Part shown: piece after piece, positions 55,369 through 64,000 of the stretch
Layout: every line of letters begins with the position of its first letter
How positions within the stretch are numbered: position 1 is the first letter of the stretch
Source: Chrysomallon squamiferum
Lineage: Eukaryota > Animalia > Mollusca
DNA: 64,000 nt
Assembly: GCA_012295275.1 (NCBI GenBank)
Contig: CM022676.1
Span: 7,378,001 to 7,442,000 of the forward strand
Direction of reading: 5' to 3'
Notes under the pieces: generated by a model
What the model was told of the DNA's origin: nothing
The model's input: only the letters and a program-made list of their open reading frames with translations
Database searches by the model: none
Translations under genes and position numbers: made by a program

Positions 55369-58300
55369 GTTTCTATAATTTAATTTAATTTAACTTTAAC
55401 TTTATTTTTATTTTTTTTTTTAAATTATTTTTTAATTTAAACTTTGAAGTTTTATTATTATTATTATTATTTTTTTAATTTATGTTTTTTTTTTTTTAAT
55501 CATTATTCTAAACTGAAGGTCAGGGTTACACATTAACGGCATCAGACAGATATGGAGTTGTTGGATCACAATTTACTTTGACCTGTCGAGCAGGTCCTGC
55601 TGATGTATTTAGCTGGTTTGTGAATGACGCAGTATACTCTATGGATGGACAAGTACGTGGTTACTGTCGTTGGTTCGTCCCACATCCAAAAGATTATTTG
55701 TATAACTGTTCGAATGGAGTAAGGACTCTGACAATAAAATCTATCAAACGCAGTCAACAAGGAACAGTGTGGAGATGTGGTAATGATATACCACGCAGCA
55801 ATGAAATAAAACTGGAAGTGAGAGGTAAAAATCAGTTTTATTATTGTCATTCTAGGACATATATAGTGCTAATGATATCTAAAAAAAAAAAAAAAAAAAA
55901 AAAAAATTCAATAAAACAAAACAGTACTATAACTCACATGTTTTATCAGTTTTATTTTGTAATTAGCATTCTAGGAATTATGTTCTTTTAATGCTTTCTA
56001 AACTAAACATCTCAGTAGAACAAAATAATACTTGAAATCAGAGGTCAAATACCTTTATCAAAACCAAATATTTTGATAATTACAGAAGATAAGAATGATT
56101 AATATATTTTAACATTTAACTAAGTTTATATTCTTAAATGAAATAATTTCCAACCAAATTATAAGATTAAACAGATCGTACGTATACGCTAACTTACGTA
56201 TATGAAGATACATCTTTAAAATGATACATGTGTACATATCAAGATTTAGTTTTTTATTTTGATATTTTATTATCATTATTATTATTATTATTATTATTAT
56301 TTAAATCAGCTAAAATATTAACAAAGGAAAAAAATAAAAAAATACGTACTTCTAATTATAAATGGAAGGTCGCAGATGACGTCATCAGTAACACGTGCGT
56401 TCTCTCACTGGCTAATATTAATAGATCACAATCAGGTCTCTATGTGTGTACGGCTGAAAATCCAGATACGAAAAAAACTGCCAACAAAACACTTCATTTG
56501 ACTGTACATCGTAAATAAGAAACTAATTATAGAAAAAATAAAAGTCGTAAATTAAACAGACAACTTAGTACTTGTTAGAGGTATATGTTTAAAATATCAG
56601 ACAACCAACAATAAGCGTTAAGGTCTGAGACACTTTGTTATGCTATTGATAACATTATGTGTTTATTTATATGTGAGAGTGTCTGCTTATGTGCGTGTTT
56701 ATGTATGTATGTTTGTATGTATGTATGTATGGATGTATGGATGGATGTATGGATGCTTAATCAAGAAAGTTCAGCAATTTTTTGTAAATGACTGTTGATT
56801 CCAAATAAATTAAAACAGATCTCGTTTTCATTCACAAAATCACGACTGCTCAACGTTACTGCGACGAGAGATCATTACACCAGTTGTCATTCCATTCCTG
56901 CAGCAGCATCCTGGCTTTCTGTTTCAACTTGACAACGCTAGACTAACCACTAATCTTCTTGAGCGGAACCACATCCAAGTGTTGAACTGTCCACCGAAGT
57001 CCTCTGACTTGTCTCCAACTGAACATGCATGTGACCTACTGCGCTGTAGGGTACGCGAAAACCATCTTCATATCCTTAATGTCCATGACCTACACATAGC
57101 TCTGAATGGAACGCAGTTGCTGTTTCTGAGATTGATGCTCTCATTAGAAGCATGAGACGACGATGTACTGCTGTCATCACTGCCACTGGTGAACAAACAT
57201 TATTGAACCCCTCACTTCATTTTGGTAGATGTACCCCTCCATTTCATTAGTTGACATTAAAGTAACGACGTTGACATCATCACAACGTGTTACTGCTGGC
57301 TACATTCAGAAATGCTGTATCAACGAAATAATGTTGCAAATATATTCAACATCCAATCAGGTTGTCTCTATTTCATATGTTGTACGTAACTGCTAAACAG
57401 CATATATATATATATATATGCCTATGTATATGCATGTATAAGTACACATACGTTCTTACCTACATAATTATATATTTACGGATATCTAGACAGTGAGCTC
57501 GTGAATGGATGGATGGATGGAAGGATGTACTGATACAGTGATGTAAAGAAAGAAAGAACAATCAGACAGAGAGACAGAGGAACATAGAAAGAGTTACAGA
57601 TGAACATGGAATGGTGAAGAAAATAGAGGTGTATAAAATCAGAATTGTTTAAGTACAAAAATCGGCGGTGAAAGTGTAAAATAAATACACACAGACAATA
57701 ACTAAACTAAAAGATACCTTAACAATAGCAAATAAATAATTGCCTACTCTCTGAAGATATATTAAAAATAGGAAATATAAATTACCGATGTATTGAAGAT
57801 ATATAAATAATATGTTAATTTAATCTGACATTTTTATTTTCATTGACGAATTTTCAACCCCTGAAGAAGACAGCAATCAGTTTGCGCAAGGATTTGGCAG
57901 CGGTTTTGGAGCTTCCTCGGCTTTGTTTCTCATCATTATCTTTGGCATTGTTACGCACTATCGAAATAAAATAAGTAATTATTTATTTGGTTCTTTGGAC
58001 GGTTTAATTGGTTGGCTGGTTGGTTGGTTGGTTTAATTGTTTCATTTTTATTTTGTTGTGTTATATTTTATTTTATTTTACAGTCTTCATTTATTTATTC
58101 ATTCATCCATTTTTTCGTTCGTTCATTTATTCGTTAATTCATACTATTGTTTATTTATTGTTTGTATGTCTTTTTTTTTGTTCCTTTATTTATTTTATTA
58201 TGTATTTAAATTACACTTACCAAAAGAGTAAAGGGGAGATAAATCGAGTCTAATTTACACTATTATCTTAAATAGAATATCAAACCTGTTTTCTTGACAA

Positions 58301-59531
58301 CCTACATATTTCAGCCACCTGATAATGAAATGGCTGAGGTAAGAACTGACGTCTACAAAAAATATTTCACGACGATGTCAGTATTTAGGTAGAATGATTT
58401 GAAGAGATAAGTATACTATACAGATAGAAATAACTAGTATTATTACTACACTACTAAGTTCAAGATGATGATAAGGTTAATATTATTATTATTATTATTA
58501 TTACAGGAGAAAACAACTCAACTTCGAACCAACTAAGGTAAATTAATTTATTATTGTTTTTTACTATTTTTCTTTCTGTAAAATGTATTCATGCTAATGT
58601 GCGTCTATCTGTATGTGTCTATGTATATCTCTATGTATGTTTGTGATTATGTATTTATGTGTATGTATATATTTATGTATGCATGTATGTATGCATGCCT
58701 GTATGTATATATGTATGTATGAATGTATGTATGTATGTGTGCACGTGCGTAAATATGTAATATATATGTAGTATATAACACATGTATTTATGTATGATTA
58801 TATGGTATGTATATACTTATGTCTGTTTGCATTCCTTTGTTCGTACTAGGATTATCACACCAATGTACATGTAATATATGTTATTTACTTTTGAAAATTC
58901 AGAATCAGCACAAATCATTATGACTACCACAAAGTAGATCAAGTTTCTGGTAAGTTGACATATACACACACACATACACACTTACATACACACATACATA
59001 CACACATACATACATAATACATACATACATATACATACATATATACATATGTACACACATAAACACATACATTCGTATACATACACATACGCACATACAT
59101 ACATAAACACACATAATATATATACACACACAACTATATACATATATATAATATATATATATAAATAAATACGCACATTCGAACACACATAATAATATTT
59201 ATATAAACCAAAACATAATATCATTCCATGTTTCAGATGATGAGGAAAGACGAAACGACGTTCCAGATGATGTCTTAATGCCTGATAGTAAGTGAACTGA
59301 TATTAAGAAAGGATAAAGCAGTAAACGAGTATTTTTTGTTGACCATACACTTATTTAGATAATTTCATGAACAATTGAACCAGGTTGTCTTACCGTTATG
59401 ATGTACAAGAAAGGAAAACGTAACATCCACGATTTTCCAGGAAAGAATTATAAAGAAGAAAACAAGTAATGTTTGTTAACTAGAGACGATTTTCCAGAAA
59501 GAAATGCTATCTATTATTAAAATATAGCCTG

Positions 59532-59571
<40 letters not shown>

Positions 59572-60406
59572 CTAGATAGATAGACAGACAGACATACAGA
59601 CTGAAAGATAGGTAGATAGATAGATAGATGGATAGAGAGACAGATAGAAAGGTTGACAATCCTTTATCGAAATGTTTCGGAATTTTCGGATTTAGGGATT
59701 TACTGAGATTTATTTTTCATATAGACCTTATATAAACAGCTGCAGGATTTTTTTAAAGTGTCTTTCTTTGAAAAGTTATAATGTTTCTACTTTTTTAAGA
59801 AGAGACAATTTGTAAATGGTTTAAATAAACAAAAGCAAAATAAAAGGAAAAGAAAGATAAAAGATAATAATAGTAATCAAACAGAAATATGGGTTAAAAA
59901 TTTAAGTACATGCGTACATTTACACATACACAAACAATACACCGCATATCTGCATACATAAAAACACACATACATACGAGAATATATATATCTGTGTGTA
60001 TCTCTCAAATCACACATCGATGTATCTGTAGAAACATTTTCTTACATATGTGTATTATGCATGTGTGTATATATGTAACTATGTATCCATGCACATATAT
60101 ATATATACATAATTACATCCCATGTTTCAGAGAATGAGACTGCGCCAGCGGCTGTAAATCAAGATGGAGACAATTCACATTCTTTGCTAGAGGAAAAAGG
60201 AAATGATGTCCCAGATGACGTGTTAATGCCTGATAGTAAGTGAACTGATATTAATTAATGATAAAGAAGAAAACGAGCAATGTTTGTGAACCATACACTT
60301 ATCTACAGACTTACTTGAACATTTAAACAAGGTTGACTTAATTTATCATGTATAAGAAACGAAAACCCGAAATGCTCGATTTTCCAGAAAGGAATTCTAG
60401 CTATTA

Positions 60407-60456
<50 letters not shown>

Positions 60457-61500
60457 TATATATACACTATATATATTTTTTCTTTTTCGATAAAGTATGC
60501 AACATGTCACGATGGCTATGTGTAACTTTCCACACAATCATTACCCTATTTTGGGATTTGATGACAAAACCTTAGATAAGAAGCACAGTCTAAATATAAT
60601 TCAGTTTATATTTGATATACAGCTTATGTAAATAGTCTGCAGGACTTTATAAATTGTATTTTTAATAAATGTATGCATAAAATAAAGTTTACCTGTACGA
60701 AACGATTCGAAAACTCTAATATCTCACTTTTTCTGCTGCCCGGAAAAAACGTTGAATTTCAGAATTTCGGATAAAGGATCCTCAAGCTGTATTTAAATGA
60801 AAATAAAAAACAGTTGTTTTTTTTTAATACAGTTTTATAGAAACTGATATACGTGGAACATTTTATTTATATACGTTATATTATATTAAATTTGCTTTAA
60901 ATGATAAAGCATCCATCCAGACAACTATATATTAATTAATAGATACATGGATACATAGCCTATAAGCAATTTAGTTATTAAATTAAGATATGAGTCGTAA
61001 CGATGTTTTAGCCTATACGCAATTTTGTTATTAATGTATGAGTAAGAAGTTATGTTTATATATATATATATATATATATTTATATGTAGATAAATACATA
61101 GATAGATACCTAGAGCGAATCTTTATGTGTGTGTGTATTTATATACACATAAATGCGATTATTGTTTTCTCCATAAATCAAAACATATTTTCATTCTTTG
61201 TTTCAGATAGTGAGACAGCGCCAAAGACTGTACATCAAGATACAGAGAATCTATATTCTTCTCTAGAGGAAAGACGAAATGACGTCCCATATGAGGTCTT
61301 ATTGCCTGATAGTGAGTGAATTGATATTAAGAAACGAAAAAGCAGTAAACGAGTATTTTTTGTTAACCATACACTTATTAAGATAATTTCATGAACAATT
61401 AAACAATGTTGTTTTACCGTTATGATGTACAAGAAAGGAAAACGTAACATCCATGATTTTCCAGGAAAAAAGGATATCTATTATTATAATATAACCTAGA

Positions 61501-61572
<72 letters not shown>

Positions 61573-61736
61573 ATGTGAATGTATATGTATGTATGTTTGT
61601 ATGTATCTTGTATGTAGGTTGAGAATCCTTTGGACGGAAATGTTTCTTTATTTTTGGATTTTTGGAATTTGGTATTTGATGAGATAGCCTTAGATGAAAA
61701 ACACAGTCTAAATGGTAACTGAACTTATATTTCATG

Positions 61737-61792
<56 letters not shown>

Positions 61793-63670
61793 TAGATAGA
61801 TAGGTAGGTCCACACCTAGATAGACAGAGAGATAGAAATAGCGTATTTGTAAAGCTATACACTTAAACATATTGAATTTTAGAAGTATATATTTATCTGC
61901 GAGTGCTAGTGTGTCTGGGTGCATTTACATACTCATTCATTAATGCGATTATTGGTTTCTCCACACATGAGAATTTTTATAAAAACAAAAATATATTTTG
62001 ATTCCATGTTTCAGATAGTGAGACAGCGCCAAAGACTGTACATGAAGATACAGAGAATCTGTATTCTCGTCTAGAGGAAAGACGAAATGACGTCCCATAT
62101 GAGGCGCTACTGCCTGATAGTGAGTGAACTGATATTAAGAAATGATAAAGGAGAAAACGAGTATTTTTTGTTTGCCATGTGAACAATTAAACAAGGTTGT
62201 TTTACCGTTATGATGTACAAGAAACGAAAACGCAACATCCAGGATTTTCCAGGAAAAAAATGATATCTATTATTACAATATAAGCTATAGTATATATAGA
62301 TGTATGTATATCTATATGTATATGTGAATGTATATGTTTGTATGTGTGTATGTATGTATGTTGTATGTATTTTGAGAATCCATTGGTCCGAAATGTTTGT
62401 TATTTTCGGATTTTTGGATTTTGGTATTTGATGAGATAGCCTTAGATATGAAACACAAACTAAATGGTAATTGAACTTATATTTCATGTACATCTTATCT
62501 AAGTAGTGTCCACGATTTTATAAAAAGTATATTTAATAATTTTGTGCATGAAATAAAGAGTGGGTGTGCCAGATAACCCGTAATATATCACTTTTTCTGC
62601 TGCTTCGAAGATGTTTCGAATTTCAGAACTTCGGATAAAGGATTCTCCATATAGCTGAAAATATAAACAGTTGTCTAACAGAGTTTTAAAGAGACTGATA
62701 TTACACATTTACACAGACACACACACACACATACATACGTAACTTATAGGAAAAGAAGAAATCTTAACGACATTTTAGCTATTATGCAATTCTGTGATTA
62801 ATATATATTACAAAGCTTTGCTTAAAAATTAATTCAATGGACGGTACGGAAATATTGTAAAACGTTTTGAAAATATATCTGTCTATCAATCTATCTATCT
62901 ATGTATCTATCTGGATAGATAGTTAGATATAGATACGTAGGTCGACACCTAGATAGATAGAGAGATAGAAATAGCGTATATGTAAAACTATACACTTAAA
63001 TATATTGAATTTTAAAAATGTATATCTATCTGTGATTGCTAGTGTGTCTAGGTGAATTTACATACACTCATTCATTAAAGCGATTATTGGTTTCTCCACA
63101 CATCAGAATTTTTATATAAACAAAAACAAATTTTGATTCCATGTTTCAGATGGTCAGAATGCTCCAACGGCTGTAAATCGAGATACAGAGAATCTATATT
63201 ATCCTCTAGAGGAAAGACGAAATGACGTCCCATATGAGGCCCTACTGCCTGATAGTGAGTGAATTGATATTTAGAAATGATAAAGCAGTAAACGAGTATT
63301 TTGTGTTAGCCATACACTTATTAAGCTACTTTCATGAACGATTAAACAATGTTGTTTTACCGTTACGATGTACAAGAAACGAAAACTCAGCATCCATGAT
63401 TTTCGAGAAAAAAAGGATATCTATTATTGTAATATAACCTGCACTATATATATATATGTGTGTGTGTGTATTTATATACACACACATTCATTAATGCGAT
63501 TATTGTTTTCTCCGTACATCACAACTTTTATATAAACGGAAACATATTTTCATTCTATGTTTCAGATAATCAGACAGCGCTCGAGGCTGTATATCAAGAT
63601 ACAGAGAATCTGTATTCTCATCTAGAGGAAAGACGAAATGACGTCCCATATGAGGTCTTATTGCCTGATA
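54635..63670 (+). CDS. Receptor D: leader-V-(half C)-TM plus a multi-ITAM tail; may be functional via rescued acceptors or may be a recent pseudogene; 3' end outside the window
   Basis: Exons 54635-54692, 55519-55824 (intact V), 5'-deleted C exon ~56354-56510, TM 57858/57867-57974 (native AG>AA), 58507-58537 and 58903-58949. Cassettes 59237-59287, 60131-60235, 61207-61311, 62015-62119, 63150-63254 and 63566-63670. No stops in the exons. Confidence 0.72.
56790..57385 (+). mobile_element. Tc1 3' relic occupying the place of the missing Ig exons of D
   Basis: Homologous to 17740-18280 and 37790-38290 (FLFQLDNA, PKSSDLSPTEHA). Confidence 0.9.
59237..59287 (+). CDS. D tail cassette 1 (shortened, Tyr-less)
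   Basis: TTTCAG|..DDEERRNDVPDDVLMPD..|GTAAGT; 51 nt, phase 1-1. Confidence 0.7.
60131..60235 (+). CDS. D tail cassette 2 (both ITAM tyrosines substituted)
   Basis: DNSHSLLEEKGNDVPDDVL; 105 nt, phase 1-1. Confidence 0.75.
61207..61311 (+). CDS. D tail cassette 3 (ITAM)
   Basis: ENLYSSLEERRNDVPYEVL; TTTCAG / GTGAGT. Confidence 0.82.
62015..62119 (+). CDS. D tail cassette 4 (ITAM)
   Basis: ENLYSRLEERRNDVPYEAL; TTTCAG / GTGAGT. Confidence 0.82.
63150..63254 (+). CDS. D tail cassette 5 (ITAM)
   Basis: ENLYYPLEERRNDVPYEAL; TTTCAG / GTGAGT. Confidence 0.82.
63566..63670 (+). CDS. D tail cassette 6 (ITAM)
   Basis: ENLYSHLEERRNDVPYEVL; TTTCAG / GTGAGT. Confidence 0.82.
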
Positions 63671-63860
63671 GTGAGTGAATTGATGTTCATAAATGATAAA
63701 GCAGAAAGCGAATATTTGTTGTTAGCCATACACCTATTTAGTCACTTTCATGAACAAATATACAAGGTTGTCTTACAGTTATGATGTACAAGAAACGAAA
63801 ACGCAACATGCACGATTTTCCAGGAAAGAAAGGATATCTGTTATTACAATATAAGCTATA

Positions 63861-63916
<56 letters not shown>

Positions 63917-63962
63917 CTATATATATAAGCTATAGTGTATATACCTATAAATATAATATATA

Positions 63963-64000
<38 letters not shown>

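Overview
AT-rich, microsatellite-dense, intron-containing animal DNA. It is probably invertebrate and possibly molluscan, but that is inference only. Almost all ORF-track entries are microsatellite noise. Manual splice reconstruction reveals a tandem and inverted cluster of paralogous type I membrane immunoglobulin-superfamily receptors. The layout is a 58-nt leader exon, alternating atypical 4-Cys V-like and CEACAM-like constant-type Ig exons, a Gly-rich TM exon, 31-nt and 47-nt tail exons, and 105-nt cassette exons. Intact cassettes encode a textbook ITAM-spaced motif (YxxL-x8-YxxL). Gene A (+) is 5'-truncated by the window and has 1 ITAM. Gene B (+) is complete but its ITAM is deleted. Gene C (-) is complete, with 1 ITAM and a PDZ-type C-terminus. 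Gene D (+) has a reduced ectodomain and at least 6 tail cassettes: 2 Tyr-dead and 4 intact ITAMs, running off the window end. There are also two V-exon pseudogenes, an orphan tail and a dead leader. The N-terminal V domains are hypervariable in CDR-like loops, while constant domains and neighbouring introns are conserved. Intergenic and intronic DNA holds permuted segmental duplications, hairpin satellites, and relics of Tc1, Tigger/pogo, hAT (SPIN/GTF2IRD2-like), piggyBac and Penelope elements. Gene models were built by hand from GT-AG sites and phase and need transcript confirmation.
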